A DNA stretch of 64,000 bases from Bacteroidales bacterium (GCA_017651425.1 JAGCCZ010000031.1:14966-78965), one strand, 5' to 3'. Shown: positions 1-11,500, counted from the stretch's first letter. Notes: generated by a model from the letters alone, not told the origin. Program-made: numbers and translations.

Positions 1-2005
1 GGGTGGCCTTGTCAAGGAGGGAAGCGATGAAACGGTACATGGTGTTGGCCTTGAGCATCTTGAGTCCCTCTTCCGTCTCGTTCAGCACCAGTTCACAGGC
101 GTTCTTGTCGGCACGCGGGTTGGTGAAGAAGGCGTTCAAGTACTGGAAGAAGAATTCGAGGTCCTTCGGGGTGGAGGAGCCGCCCAAGCTCTCGGTCATG
201 GTGCTGATGTCGGGCGTGACACCGGCCTGTTTGCTCTTGAGCTTTTTCATCAGGGAGTTGTAGTCAATCTCGGCGATACCGCTGCGGTCAATGATGTCGG
301 CGGCGAAGTTGGCGGAAGGAAGATCCTCCTCTTTGTAGAGGCTCAAGCCTCCCTTACTGATGGCCGTAAAGAGAATTTCATCGTTCTTGTAGTCAGTTTT
401 CTTGAGGATAACCTCAATGCCGTTGGAAAGAGTGAGCTTTTTGCCCTTGATGGCAGGGATTTCCTCGCTTTTGACGATGGAACCAGGTTTCAAAGTGCCT
501 CTTTCCACAATTTCCTGTTCCTTGTAAGTATCCACGTATGGCGTGACATCCTTCAGTTTCTCATTGGTGATAACCTTGAGGACCTCTTCTTTGGTGGGCA
601 CTTTCACCCCCTCTTTTTCAGGAGCCATCACGATAGCCACGAAATTCTCAGGTGTAATCCAATCTTTGGCCAGTTCATTGATTTCATTCACATATATGCC
701 ATCAATGAGTTTCTTGGCAAGGGTATATTCACGCTTGGCGCCCGGGATGGGGTCGCCATGAAGGAAGTTGCTCACATATTCGGAAGCATAGCGGGAAGAT
801 TCGGTCTTGTCCACCTCGTTGGAGGCACGCTCCATGCGTTCCAGCAGGGCCGTTTTGGCGCGGTCGAGCTCAGTCTTGAGGAAACCGTATTTGAGCACGC
901 GGTAGTCCTCTTTCATCAGCACTTCAATGGATTCAAGGATTCTGTTCTCCTTGCTGGCAGCCTGAGAACCGTACATGTCGGTGAGGCCGATGAAGTTGGA
1001 GTAACCGGTGGAGGCACCAATGAAGGGACATTTGGGATCCTGTGCCAGTTCTTCCAGACGGGCGTCATACATCTCATTATAAAGGTCAATGAGCAGTTGT
1101 TTGCGGAAATCGGCATTGGTCTTCACTGCGAAGTGGGGGAATTTGCGGACGAGCATGATGGTGTTGCCGGCGGCCTCCTTGTCGGTGCAAACAGCAACGA
1201 GGGGCTCTTTATTCTTGCCAATGGCATACTGCTCTTTCACACGCGGGTTCTTCACAGCAGGGATGTCGCTGAAGAGATCCTTGATTTTGGCCTCCACCTG
1301 ATCCACGTCAATATCACCAACCACGATGACAGCCTGCAAATCAGGACGGTACCAATCATTGTAGAAGTCTTTGATGACCTGGTAGTCAAAATTTTGGATA
1401 ATGTCGAGCAGTCCGATGGGCATACGGTCGGCATAGCGGGAGTCTTTCATCAGCACAGGCCAGTACTCCTTGCGCATACGGTCGTCTGCGCCAAGTCCAA
1501 GACGGTACTCTTCGGTGATGACGCCTCTTTCGGCGTCAATCTCCTTGTGGTCATAGAGCAGTCCGTGGGCCCAGCCGCGCAGGATTTGCAGGCCGAGGTC
1601 AAGATTCTTGGGATCGTCGAGCGGCATGGGGATCATATAGACCGTCTCGTCAAAGGAGGTGTAGGCGTTGAGGTCGGCACCGAACACCACACCGAGGCTC
1701 TGCAGCTTGTCAATCATCGTATTGCCGGGCATACCCTCAATACCGTTGAAGGCCATGTGCTCGGTGAAGTGGGCCAAGCCGCGCTGGTTGTCGTTCTCCT
1801 GATTGGAGCCGGCGTTCACGGCCAAGCGGAATTCAACCACCTTCTTGGGTTGGGTGTTCTGACGGATGTAATAGGTCATGCCATTGCCCAGCTTGCCAAT
1901 GCGCACACGGGGATCGCTCTTGATGGCCTCATCCAGTTTGACGTCCTGTCCGAAAGCAAATACTGCCGTGAGGACGATGCTAAAGAATAAAAGGATCTTT
2001 TTCAT
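1..2005 (-). CDS. M16 family zinc metallopeptidase (PqqL-like), truncated by window edge
   Basis: Manual minus-strand translation from ATG at 2005: signal peptide MKKILLFFSIVLTAVFAFG, then GKLGNGMTYYIR...GLAHFTEHMAFNG (inverted HxxEH motif). Missing from the ORF track because its stop lies outside the window. Confidence 0.9.
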   Translation of the reverse strand, partial: MKKILLFFSIVLTAVFAFGQDVKLDEAIKSDPRVRIGKLGNGMTYYIRQNTQPKKVVEFRLAVNAGSNQENDNQRGLAHFTEHMAFNGIEGMPGNTMIDKLQSLGVVFGADLNAYTSFDETVYMIPMPLDDPKNLDLGLQILRGWAHGLLYDHKEIDAERGVITEEYRLGLGADDRMRKEYWPVLMKDSRYADRMPIGLLDIIQNFDYQVIKDFYNDWYRPDLQAVIVVGDIDVDQVEAKIKDLFSDIPAVKNPRVKEQYAIGKNKEPLVAVCTDKEAAGNTIMLVRKFPHFAVKTNADFRKQLLIDLYNEMYDARLEELAQDPKCPFIGASTGYSNFIGLTDMYGSQAASKENRILESIEVLMKEDYRVLKYGFLKTELDRAKTALLERMERASNEVDKTESSRYASEYVSNFLHGDPIPGAKREYTLAKKLIDGIYVNEINELAKDWITPENFVAIVMAPEKEGVKVPTKEEVLKVITNEKLKDVTPYVDTYKEQEIVERGTLKPGSIVKSEEIPAIKGKKLTLSNGIEVILKKTDYKNDEILFTAISKGGLSLYKEEDLPSANFAADIIDRSGIAEIDYNSLMKKLKSKQAGVTPDISTMTESLGGSSTPKDLEFFFQYLNAFFTNPRADKNACELVLNETEEGLKMLKANTMYRFIASLLDKAT

Positions 2006-2041
2006 TTGAATAAAATTGCTTAGTGATTATAATTGATTGTT

Positions 2042-3811
2042 TTATTTTTCTTTTCTGGAAAAACGGACTTTGCGCAGTACGATGAGCACTATCCCCAACA
2101 ATGAAATCAACAAGAGCGGCACGCCAATATTGAGGATGGCGAGCTTGGCTTTCTTGCCACGGATCTTCTCCTGGTTGAGGGAGCCGATCTTGAAATTCTT
2201 GGCACGCAGTTGCAACAAGTCATCGTCGTCGCAGAGGTAGTTGACGCAGTTGACGATAAACTGGGTGTTGTCAAAGATGGTGCGGGTATAGATGTCGTAA
2301 CCGGCAGGATAGGGCTGGTTACGCTTGCGGTCGAAAGGATTGCGGATGATGTCGCCGTCTGCGACGAATATCTGGCGTGTAGGCACGCTGTGGTCGCGAT
2401 AGTCGAGCTGTTTGATGGTGTCAAACTCAATGGGCAGGATGCCTTTGAAGGCAGACTCGAAGGTGCCCTCCACGAGTACGGCAATCGGCAAGTTGTGGAA
2501 AGCAAACTCCTGCATGTTAGGCTTTGTGAGGGCAGCATGCAACGAAACAATGGAGGGCGCCGGCACCAACTTGGAGCGCTCGGAGCTGAACATCAACGGT
2601 GTCTTGACAAGATTCTCCGACTTGCCCACCATGTCGATGGATCCGGCAAAGTCAGACTTCACCTCCTTGATATTGCGCACGATAGGATGGTCGCTGAAAT
2701 TGACGATATCCAAGCTGTAGGGGAAGGCCATGAACTTGTACTGCGGCTTGTCGCCGAGCATGCCGACCTGCTGCGGTATGGGCAGGCAGCTGAGGTCTTG
2801 GATGAGATTGGCATTGAGGCGCACGCCGTAGGTGAAGAAGAGGTCGTTGATGTACAGCGAGCGGGGTGTGGCAAAAAACTCGGCCGCGCTTTGCAAACTG
2901 TCGAGCGATGCCGTGGTGTTGTCCACAAGCCAGAGGATTTTGCCGCCGCGCATCACGAACTGATCGAGGATGTATTTGTCAAACTCCCGGAAGGGCTCTG
3001 TGGGTTGCGCAATGATAAGGACATCGTACTTGTTGTCGCCCAGCTTGAGCGTCTGTTTGACGGAATCCTCCACACTGATGTTGCGCAGGGCATTGATCTT
3101 GCCATCCAAGATGATGCGCGTCACGTTGTAGAAACGTTGCAGCTGCATGGCGGTCCAGCAAGTGTTGTAAAAGTCCAACTCACCGTGGCCTTCCACGTAT
3201 GCCACCCGAGGCTTCTCCGTCTTCATCAAACGCCGGATGGGAGATACAAGGTTGTACTCCAGCTCCTGGATGGAATATTGCAGCCAGTCGGAGCCTGACG
3301 GGTCGGCCACCACCACCTGCGCGGGGTACTCGTGGCCCCGGTAGGAGACAATGGCGCCGGGAATCACCATGTGGGTGGAGTACCCCGATGCATCCTCGCG
3401 GCTGATGGGGATGGGCTCCAGCCCTTTCTTGACAAATTCCGCCAGGATGTTGTTGACCTCCTCGCTATTCTTGCCCTCCAACGGGTCAATGAACTCGAAA
3501 TAGACATTCTTGGAATAGCTTCGGAAATCCTGGAGCATCTGCTCCACCTGCTTGGCAAACAGCTGATAGTCGGCCGGCTGGTCTTTTCCCTTGAGATAAA
3601 CGCGGAAATAGACACGGTCTTCCAGATTTTTCAGCATCTCAATCGTCGAAGGAGACAGGGAGTGCCGTTTGTCCTTCGTCAAGTCGATGCGGAAGAACAG
3701 GAAGGAGGAGAGAATATTGACGACGACAAGGACCGCCACCGCCACGAGAAGCCCTATGAGGGTGTTTTTCTTGAATTGCTTGCTGCTTTTGCTGCCTGTG
3801 TTCTTTTTCAT
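2042..3811 (-). CDS. gldG: Gliding motility-associated ABC transporter substrate-binding/auxiliary protein GldG
   Basis: N-terminal TM, RIDLTKDKRHSLS motif, GHGEL motif, C-terminal TM; directly downstream of a gldF-like permease. Confidence 0.88.
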   Translation of the reverse strand: MKKNTGSKSSKQFKKNTLIGLLVAVAVLVVVNILSSFLFFRIDLTKDKRHSLSPSTIEMLKNLEDRVYFRVYLKGKDQPADYQLFAKQVEQMLQDFRSYSKNVYFEFIDPLEGKNSEEVNNILAEFVKKGLEPIPISREDASGYSTHMVIPGAIVSYRGHEYPAQVVVADPSGSDWLQYSIQELEYNLVSPIRRLMKTEKPRVAYVEGHGELDFYNTCWTAMQLQRFYNVTRIILDGKINALRNISVEDSVKQTLKLGDNKYDVLIIAQPTEPFREFDKYILDQFVMRGGKILWLVDNTTASLDSLQSAAEFFATPRSLYINDLFFTYGVRLNANLIQDLSCLPIPQQVGMLGDKPQYKFMAFPYSLDIVNFSDHPIVRNIKEVKSDFAGSIDMVGKSENLVKTPLMFSSERSKLVPAPSIVSLHAALTKPNMQEFAFHNLPIAVLVEGTFESAFKGILPIEFDTIKQLDYRDHSVPTRQIFVADGDIIRNPFDRKRNQPYPAGYDIYTRTIFDNTQFIVNCVNYLCDDDDLLQLRAKNFKIGSLNQEKIRGKKAKLAILNIGVPLLLISLLGIVLIVLRKVRFSRKEK

Positions 3812-3829
3812 GACTTCGCTCCTTTCTTT

Positions 3830-4561
3830 TTACCATTTACGTTTAAGAAGAACAATGCGTGTGCCGAAGAGAAAAACGAAGATGACACTGCAGAAATAGA
3901 CGATGTCACGGCTGTCGATGACACCCTTGCTGATAGAGGCGTAGTGATGTTCGATGCCGAGCGACTTGATATAGTATCCAACGGCCCCGAGCGACTCGAA
4001 CGAATAGATGAAGGCAAATCCGAAGGAGAGGATGAAACAGAGCGGGGCGGCAATGATGAAAGCGATGATCTGGTTGTTGGTCAATGCCGAGGAGAAGATG
4101 CCAACGGAGATATAGGTTGCACCGAGCAGAAGCAGTCCCAAATAGGAGCCCCAGGTGCTGCCCATGTCCATGTTGCCCACAGGGTTGCCCAACAGGACCA
4201 CGGAGACCACATAGACCAACGTGGGAATCAGGGCGATGGCGAGCAACGTAAGGCAGGAGAGGAACTTGGCCCAGATGATTTGCATGTCCGTCAAGGGCTT
4301 TGCCAGCAACAGATCCATGGTGCCGGTGCGGCGTTCTTCAGCGAAGGAGCGCATGGTGATGGCGGGCACCAAAAAGAGGAAAAGGAACTGCGACAGATTG
4401 AAAAGCCCGTGCAGGTCGGCCAGTCCGGCCTCCATCACGTTGTCCACATTGGGAAACACCCACAGGAACAGACCCGTGATGATGAGGAACACCCCTACGA
4501 ACATATACCCTATGATTGAACTCAGGAAGGACTTTATCTCCTTGATATACAAACTTAACAT
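3830..4561 (-). CDS. gldF: Gliding motility-associated ABC transporter permease GldF
   Basis: Hydrophobic ABC-2 permease with KEIKSFLSS, PAITMRSFAEERRTGTMDLLL and GVIDSRD motifs; start taken as MLSLY at 4561. Confidence 0.88.
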   Translation of the reverse strand: MLSLYIKEIKSFLSSIIGYMFVGVFLIITGLFLWVFPNVDNVMEAGLADLHGLFNLSQFLFLFLVPAITMRSFAEERRTGTMDLLLAKPLTDMQIIWAKFLSCLTLLAIALIPTLVYVVSVVLLGNPVGNMDMGSTWGSYLGLLLLGATYISVGIFSSALTNNQIIAFIIAAPLCFILSFGFAFIYSFESLGAVGYYIKSLGIEHHYASISKGVIDSRDIVYFCSVIFVFLFGTRIVLLKRKW

Positions 4562-4572
4562 CGTCTCTAAAA

Positions 4573-6648
4573 TTAGGGCGCAAAAGTACATATTTTTTCG
4601 GATTTCCTCAATCCATCCCTATCTAAAAGCGCGTCAAGTTTAGGGGCGCGGCCACGGAAGTCGGTGAACATCTCCATGGCCGGTTTGGAACCGCCCTTCG
4701 AGAGGATGGTTTCCAAGTATCGGGCGGCCACTTCGCGGTTCATCACGCCCTTTTCCTTGAAGAGCGAGAAGGCGTCCGCCTCCAGCATCTCAGCCCATTT
4801 GTAGCCATAGTAGCCGGCGGCGTACCCGCCCGAGAAAATATGGTTGAAGGCCGTACACATGCAGGCCTCGGGATGGATGGGCAAGGAGGAGAGCGGCGCA
4901 AAGACGCGTTGCTCCTCGGCGCGCACATCCATATCCTCGCCAAATTCCGTAGTGTGCCAGTTCATGTCAAGATAGCCGAAACAGAGTTGCCGCGCCGAGG
5001 CATAACCCGCCATGTACTGGCGCATCTTTTTAAGCTGCTCTATATACGGCATGGGAATCAGCTCGCCCGTCTGATGGTGGCGAGCAAATGTTTCAAGAAA
5101 CTCCTGCTCCACCGCCCAATTCTCGTTCAACTGCGAGGGCAGCTCGACAAAGTCATGCTGTGAATTGGTGCAGGAGAGCGAAGCGTAGCGCACATCGGAA
5201 AGCATACCGTTGAGTGCATGCCCGAACTCGTGCAGGAAAGTGGTCACCTCATCGAAGGAGAGCAACGAGGGCCTCTTTGTTGTGGAGGGTGTGAAATTCA
5301 TCACCAAACTCACCAACGGGCGCACATCGTGGCCCTCCGCATCGACCCACTGCTCGCGGAAAGTGGTCATCCACGCCCCGCTGCGCTTGGTGGCACGCGG
5401 GTGGAAATCCAAATAGAGCACCGACATAAGGCGCTCACCGTGATACACTTCATAGACCTTCACATCTTTGTGATAGACGCTGATATTGTCAACCTCAACA
5501 AAGCGCAAATTGTACAAATGGGTAGCCAAGGAAAAGACACCGTCGATGACATTCTCCAATTTGAAATAGGGCTTGAGGGTTTCAGCGCTGAGATTGAAGA
5601 GCGCATCCTTCTGTTTTTCTGAATAATATTGGAAATCCCACGGTTGCAGTTCGCCCTCGAAGCCGAGGGTGTGGGCGTAGTCGTTCAACGCAGCCACCTC
5701 GCGACGGGCGGCGGGAACAGAGTACTTTTTCAACTCGTCAAGCAGTTTATAAACCTCCTCGGCATTTTGAGCCATGCGGTTGTGCAGCACATATTGCGCA
5801 TAGTTTTCGTAACCAAGCAGATGGGCGATTTGCTGTCGACAAGCGAGAATCTGGCGAATATTGTCGCAGTTGTCGTAAGGGCCGCCGTAGGCAATACAGC
5901 AGGAGTGGTCGTACATCTCCTTGCGCAAGGCGCGGTCGTCGGCATATGTGAGCACGGCGCGGCGACTGGGGAAGGAGAGATCGAACAGGTAGCCTTCCTG
6001 TCCCTTGTCACGAGCCTTCTGGGCGGCAATGTCTAAGTCGCCCTCAGGGATACCCTGCAGACGTGACGCATCCTCGATGTGCAATTGCCAGGCGTTGGTG
6101 GCGGCCAGGGCGTTTTGCCCGAATTGCAGCGTGAGGTTGGAAAGCTTGACAGATAGCTCCTGGAAGAGCGGCTTTTGGTCAGCGGGCAGCGTGGCGCCGT
6201 TGCTCTCAAAAGCATCGTAGGTGAGCTTCAGCAGCATACGTTCCTCACCTGTCAACGTGGCAAGTTCGCGGTCGTAAACCTCCCGTACCCGCCCGAAAAG
6301 CGTGTCGTCCAGGTAGAGTTCGTTGTAATGCCGGGTGACCATCGGCTGGATGGTGTTGGCCATCTCCTGCATCTCCGGAGTGGCATCGCACTCGAGGATG
6401 TTGAAAAAGAGCCCGGCGGCACGCCCCAACGCCTCACCGGCCCGGTCGAGAGCCGCGATGGTGTTTTCAAAGGTGGCGGGTGCCGGATTGTTCTTGATCT
6501 GGTCCACCTCCTGCTTTGCCATCTCTATCGCGGCAGTGAAGGCCGGCACATAGTGCCCAGGACGAATAAGATCGAAAGGAGGGGTTTGATGCGGGGTGTC
6601 CCACGCCTGCAGGATGGGATTGGAGAGGATGGTATTCTGTGTTGTCAT
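4573..6648 (-). CDS. dcp: M3 family metallopeptidase (peptidyl-dipeptidase Dcp-like)
   Basis: HEFGH zinc motif, DFVELPSQLNENW, GGYAAGYYGYKWAE. Confidence 0.88.
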   Translation of the reverse strand: MTTQNTILSNPILQAWDTPHQTPPFDLIRPGHYVPAFTAAIEMAKQEVDQIKNNPAPATFENTIAALDRAGEALGRAAGLFFNILECDATPEMQEMANTIQPMVTRHYNELYLDDTLFGRVREVYDRELATLTGEERMLLKLTYDAFESNGATLPADQKPLFQELSVKLSNLTLQFGQNALAATNAWQLHIEDASRLQGIPEGDLDIAAQKARDKGQEGYLFDLSFPSRRAVLTYADDRALRKEMYDHSCCIAYGGPYDNCDNIRQILACRQQIAHLLGYENYAQYVLHNRMAQNAEEVYKLLDELKKYSVPAARREVAALNDYAHTLGFEGELQPWDFQYYSEKQKDALFNLSAETLKPYFKLENVIDGVFSLATHLYNLRFVEVDNISVYHKDVKVYEVYHGERLMSVLYLDFHPRATKRSGAWMTTFREQWVDAEGHDVRPLVSLVMNFTPSTTKRPSLLSFDEVTTFLHEFGHALNGMLSDVRYASLSCTNSQHDFVELPSQLNENWAVEQEFLETFARHHQTGELIPMPYIEQLKKMRQYMAGYASARQLCFGYLDMNWHTTEFGEDMDVRAEEQRVFAPLSSLPIHPEACMCTAFNHIFSGGYAAGYYGYKWAEMLEADAFSLFKEKGVMNREVAARYLETILSKGGSKPAMEMFTDFRGRAPKLDALLDRDGLRKSEKICTFAP
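4581..4588 (-). promoter_or_regulatory. Bacteroidota -7 promoter element (TACTTTTG) for gldF-gldG, inside the last codons of dcp
   Basis: Matches TAnnTTTG ~20 bp upstream of the gldF ATG. Confidence 0.55.
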
Positions 6649-6657
6649 TATGGGAAA

Positions 6658-7140
6658 TTATTGTTCGATGGTGGCGACCACAATGGCGGCGATGCCTTCG
6701 CCCATGCCAGTGAAGCCCATGCCCTCGTTAGTCTTCGCCTTGATGGAGAAGTTGGTGGGGTCCAGATGGAGCAGTTTCGACAACGTGGCCGTCATTTCAT
6801 CGATGTAAGGTTTCATCTTGGGTTTCTCCAACACAAGCGTGCAATCCACATTGTGGACCTGCCATCCCTGCTGATACAGCAACTCCACCACCCTGGAGAG
6901 AAGGCGGGTGCTGTCGATGTTGGCAAACTGGCTGTCGTTGTCGGGGAAGTGGGTGCCGATGTCCTTGAGGGCGGCGGCGCCGAGCAGGGCATCGCAGAGC
7001 GCGTGTATGAGCACGTCGCCGTCAGAATGGGCGGCTAACCCTAACTCGTACGGGATGTGGACCCCACCGATGACGAGCGGACGGCCCGCCACGAACCGAT
7101 GGGAGTCGTATCCAATGCCGACACGGAAATCCTTACCCAT
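6658..7140 (-). CDS. ispF: 2-C-methyl-D-erythritol 2,4-cyclodiphosphate synthase
   Basis: RVGIGYDSHR, HSDGDVLIHALCDALLGAA, KAKTNEGMGFTG; start MGKDF at 7140; porV-ispF synteny is typical of the phylum. Confidence 0.95.
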   Translation of the reverse strand: MGKDFRVGIGYDSHRFVAGRPLVIGGVHIPYELGLAAHSDGDVLIHALCDALLGAAALKDIGTHFPDNDSQFANIDSTRLLSRVVELLYQQGWQVHNVDCTLVLEKPKMKPYIDEMTATLSKLLHLDPTNFSIKAKTNEGMGFTGMGEGIAAIVVATIEQ

Positions 7141-7141
7141 G

Positions 7142-8410
7142 CTAACGAAGACGACCTTGTTGCTTGATCTCTTCCTTGTTGAAAGAGGCGAAATCGAAAG
7201 AGAGGGTGAAGCGCAACGTGTTGGCAAGCGGGTGGTTCTGGCCGTTCGTGGTGAACAGATAGGCCACGTCAATGGTGAAAATGTTGTACTTGATACCAGC
7301 GCCCACCGTGAGGAACTGACGGTTGCCCTTGTATTTGTTCTCGTGAAAATAACCAGCCCTGACAAAGAAAAGGTCACGATAGCTGTATTCCGCGCCGAGG
7401 GCCCAGGCAATCTCGGCCATCTCCTCTCTGAACACACTGGCATTTTCTCCATTATGCCCGATACCCGGAGCATCGTAGAACGACTGAATCATACCTTGCG
7501 GCACGGAAACGTCCGGGTTGCGACCAGACAAAATAACAGGGTTGTTGTAATTGTCGTATAGGATACGGCCGTTGGAGTCGGTGGCATAGACAGGGTTTGT
7601 GGGCACCAACAACTTGTTGGCTTCACCTGTGATGGCCAGTTTGTTATAGGTGTCGAAACTCATTTCATAGCCAAGGCCGATACGCAAGTTCGTGGGCAGA
7701 AAGTCACGACGCAACGTTCCCGAGGAGTACGACATCTTGTTTCCCATGTTGGAGATGCACAGTCCGGCACGCAGAGTGCTGTTTTCCAAACCTTTGACAT
7801 CAAAATCCTGCTCATAGAAGAAGGAGAGGTCGGCGGCACCAGCCAAACCCGCATTGGTCTCCTCACCGCTCACATATTGGCCGGCTGTGAGATTGGAATA
7901 GATAAACCTCGGCGTAAGCGCAATTGAGAATTGGTCGATCAATTTACGGGAATAGGTGAAATCAATGGCGAACTCATTGGGATTCTGCACAGAAAGCAAC
8001 TCGCCATAGTCGTCCGTAAACTGGATGTCTCCCAAGGAAAAATAGCGGACGGAAAAACCGATGGCATCCATCTCCGTCATGCGATAATAACCGCTGAGAT
8101 ACATCAAGTTGATGTCATTGACCAATTTGCGGAGCCACGGACTGTAGGAAACGCTGATGCCGAAAGTGTTCTTGTTGAACACATATTTCGCAGGGTTGTA
8201 GGCCTGGGAATTCACGTCGGGAGAGGTGGCACACCCCATGTCTCCCATACCGCCCGCACGGGAATCGGGTGCTATGTTCAAAAAAGGAACTGCCGTGGTA
8301 ATGGTGTTTAATTCTTTGCCGTTAAGTTGGTTAGGATTGATGACTTGGGCATGTGTGAATGTGATGGTGAAAAGTGTCGCCAACACGAGGAAGGTCGCTT
8401 TCTTTTTCAT
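7142..8410 (-). CDS. porV: T9SS outer-membrane shuttle protein PorV
   Basis: Signal peptide, TTAVPFLNIAPDSRAGGMGD, SYSPWLRKLVNDI, PLANTLRFTLSF; downstream of porU. Confidence 0.93.
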   Translation of the reverse strand: MKKKATFLVLATLFTITFTHAQVINPNQLNGKELNTITTAVPFLNIAPDSRAGGMGDMGCATSPDVNSQAYNPAKYVFNKNTFGISVSYSPWLRKLVNDINLMYLSGYYRMTEMDAIGFSVRYFSLGDIQFTDDYGELLSVQNPNEFAIDFTYSRKLIDQFSIALTPRFIYSNLTAGQYVSGEETNAGLAGAADLSFFYEQDFDVKGLENSTLRAGLCISNMGNKMSYSSGTLRRDFLPTNLRIGLGYEMSFDTYNKLAITGEANKLLVPTNPVYATDSNGRILYDNYNNPVILSGRNPDVSVPQGMIQSFYDAPGIGHNGENASVFREEMAEIAWALGAEYSYRDLFFVRAGYFHENKYKGNRQFLTVGAGIKYNIFTIDVAYLFTTNGQNHPLANTLRFTLSFDFASFNKEEIKQQGRLR

Positions 8411-8582
8411 TGGGTCTTTTTCTCTATGAACGTTTCTCTTGTTTTTTCTCTAATGCGTTTTTTGAATAACATTTCGCAAAAGAGCATAACGCTACTTTCT
8501 CCACTTTATTTTTATGGAGAAAAAAATTTTTTTGTTTTTAGGAAAAATGCCATGTCCTCGCATGGACAGCCATATCCGGCCG

Positions 8583-11500
8583 TTACAGGATCACCAGTTT
8601 CTCAATGACTTCCGCCGTCTCTCCCATGTCATTGCGGACACGCACTTTGTACATGTAGGGGCCCTTCCCGATCCTGTCACCAAAGTCGTCGCGACCGTCC
8701 CAAGGAATGGCAAGGCTGCGGTTTCCCTGCAACGTTTGGTGCGTCTGGATGGTCTTCACCAATTTTCCGGAGATGGTATAGACTTGCACTAAGATGTCAA
8801 AGTCGCCGCCATTCCGGTTGTGCTCGAAGAAGAACTCCGTGTGTGTTGTGAAGGGGTTGGGGTAGTTGAGCACGTGGCTGAGGGCGAACTTCTCGCTGGA
8901 AACCACCTCAAAGGACAACTCGCTCTCCGAGTGGTTGTTGTTGATATCCCACGCCCGCACCAACAACGTGTGCTTGCCGGTGGACAGATTTTCAAGATTG
9001 TAACGCACAGTGCCCGAATTGAAACTGTCCCTGTCGGTCTGGTAGTAGTCGTTCAGCACAATTTGGGACTCCGTGGCATTGTCGAGGATGGCGGTCAAGT
9101 CGTGGCCTATGCCGTTGCCCGTGGTGTTGATACCGTAGTTGTCACGGATCTTGGCGATAAGGGTGGGGTTGGCATCCACAATGCCGCCATTGACAAACTG
9201 CTCGTCATTAAGGAACAGTTCGATGACGGGACCCTCCTTGTCGTCAATGCCATTGGTGTCGGTGCCGCCGATGACGAAGTGGGAGAAACTTCCCGCCGCA
9301 TCTTGCTCCTGACTGCGGGCATAATAGCTGATTTTGCCATTACCATAGTTATAGTCGATGTCTTTCGGCACATAGAACGAGAAGTTGAAATGTCCGTCCT
9401 TAACCGAGCAGTTGCCCTTGAAAAGGATGCTTTTCTGCTGGAGGAACTCGAACGGCGGACTGCTGGGGTCGTTGGAGAGGGTGGTGACCGTGACGGCCTT
9501 GTCATAGACAGACGGGAACACCGACCCGTTGAAGCCCGTGAGTGTCTGTCCGTTTTCATCAACCACGCGACCGCTGACACTCATTCGGGTGAGGGCGCTC
9601 ACGGTATCCTCCTGCGTTCCGACAGGACTATGGTTGATGGAGTCGGTTACGATATTGAACGTGGGGATAGCCAAGGGCATGGAGGGGTCGCCCATGAGCA
9701 CGAACATGGCCAACGAGGAGGAGCTTCCGCCATAGGCGTTCTTGGCGCGGCGCTCAATATCCCCGATGGTGGGCCGTTGACCGTCAAAGGTATTGAACAT
9801 CGTGTTGAAAATATACCGTCCGTAGGCATTGTTCGGCGAAGACCAAGCCTCGCGTGTGGCCGTGATGATGGCACAAACCCCTCCTTTGCTGTTGAACAGC
9901 GCCAACTCGGCGGGCGAAATGGCCGGACGGTCATAGAATCCAAACGTGCAGGAGAGCGTCAACATGGCGGGCATGTTGTACTTGTTGGTCCATTTGTTGA
10001 TATCCGAGTTCTCCAGCACACGCTCTGCCGTCCAACCGTCCTTGCCGCTGTGGCCGATATAGGTAAAAAACAGGGAACCGCGGTTCATGCGGTTGTTGAT
10101 GGCCGTGGTAGCCTCCGGGTATCTTTGTCCGCCGGCATTGGAGACCTGCGGAAACGCATCCAAATATATTTTGTCAAAATTGATGTTCCGGTTCAGACCG
10201 GACACGATGTCGGTGAATCTGTCGGCATTGGACACGAAGTCGTTATACTCCTCATCATCCGCCACGAAGGCCATCATGTTACGCCAATCTCCAAAATTGG
10301 ATATTTGTGTGGAGTTTTCAGCCAGCAGATTGCGATTTGTGGTGTACAGCGTGCTTTTCTCCACTGCAGTCTTGGCTTGCGCTATTGTGCTGCACGGAAA
10401 TCGTCCCACGGAGATGTCGTAGAGGCCGGAGGCATTTTCGCCCTCGTTGTCATCCAACAGTCCAAAAGTGTCGTCATTGGCGGCAAAGCCGATTTCGGAA
10501 ATGAGATCGGTGGTGGTCGGATATTGGTAGTTTGGAACGTAAAGCTCTGTGCCACTCACCCGTCCACGGAAGTCATAGCTCGGCCTGCCAAAAAGAAGCA
10601 AGTATTTGGGATATTGCTTGTTGCTTCTGTCATAGATCATCTTCGCGTAGTCACGGATAGCCATGGGATCCAACGAACCGCCCGAAAATTCGTTATAGAC
10701 TTGCTCTGTGGTGACCACCTGTACGGAAAGCCCGTCGTTTTCACGTCTGAACTTGGCCAAATCGTTGGCTTGGGACAAGAACTTGGGATGCGTGACGATA
10801 AGTAGATCGGCGTTTCCCGTGCCATGCAGATTCTGATTGGCCACCGCCCCTCCCGGTGTGATACTGAGGAACGTGGAGCCGTCAAATGCGAAGAAGTAGC
10901 GAAGGGTGTCGGTAGGTATGCTGAACCCATACACGCCGCCCTCCGACGACAGGGCCATGCGCGTGGTGTTGGCGGGATCGGTCACATCCCAGACAACCGT
11001 CCCCGCACTTGCACCCGTGATGTTGAAACGCGTCACGTTACCCGTCCCGACAGTCGCTGGATTGCAGAACGGGAATTGCGAAGAATGCATGGAAAGACGG
11101 CATGGCACCTCTATTTCTATCCAATCCAGATATGCTGCGGACGAGGTGGCGGGCTTGCTGTATTCCAAAGCTATGTCCAACGTGCCAGATGAGGGAGTGA
11201 AGGTGTAATCGTCGCTGTTAAGGGTGGCGATGATATTTCCGCTGATATTGGGAAACGAAAGGTTCCCCAAGGCCGTATTGTTGGCTTTTATTGAAAAATA
11301 TGAAAAGGAACTTGAGCAACAAGCACCCGCAATCGAGATGCGGGAAGGCTGTTGCAAGGATCCCGGCACGGAGAAGGTATAGGTCCTCTGCGTGGTGATG
11401 TCGAAAAGGTCGCCATACCAATCCTTGCCCGTCTCGCCGAAGTTGAACTGGTCTTTCTCAAAAAAATCATAGTGAACATAATCGTTCACGGTATGGTTGG

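Noticed and set aside
758-1990. 410-aa plus-strand ORF and other long antisense ORFs (e.g. 8820-10805, 18941-20566, 35698-38478, 46595-48070)
   Set aside because: They are shadows of well-supported genes on the opposite strand, caused by codon bias, and carry no motifs.
4562-4591. Recurrent 'MYFC...' N-terminal extensions (gldF, mutS, NAGPA)
   Set aside because: These are translations of TAnnTTTG promoter sequence; better ATG starts lie downstream.
7141-7473. Long N-terminal extension of IspF (likewise PurE, LpxK, FISUMP, AlgJ-like)
   Set aside because: The extensions overlap neighbouring genes; family homology begins at the internal ATG.
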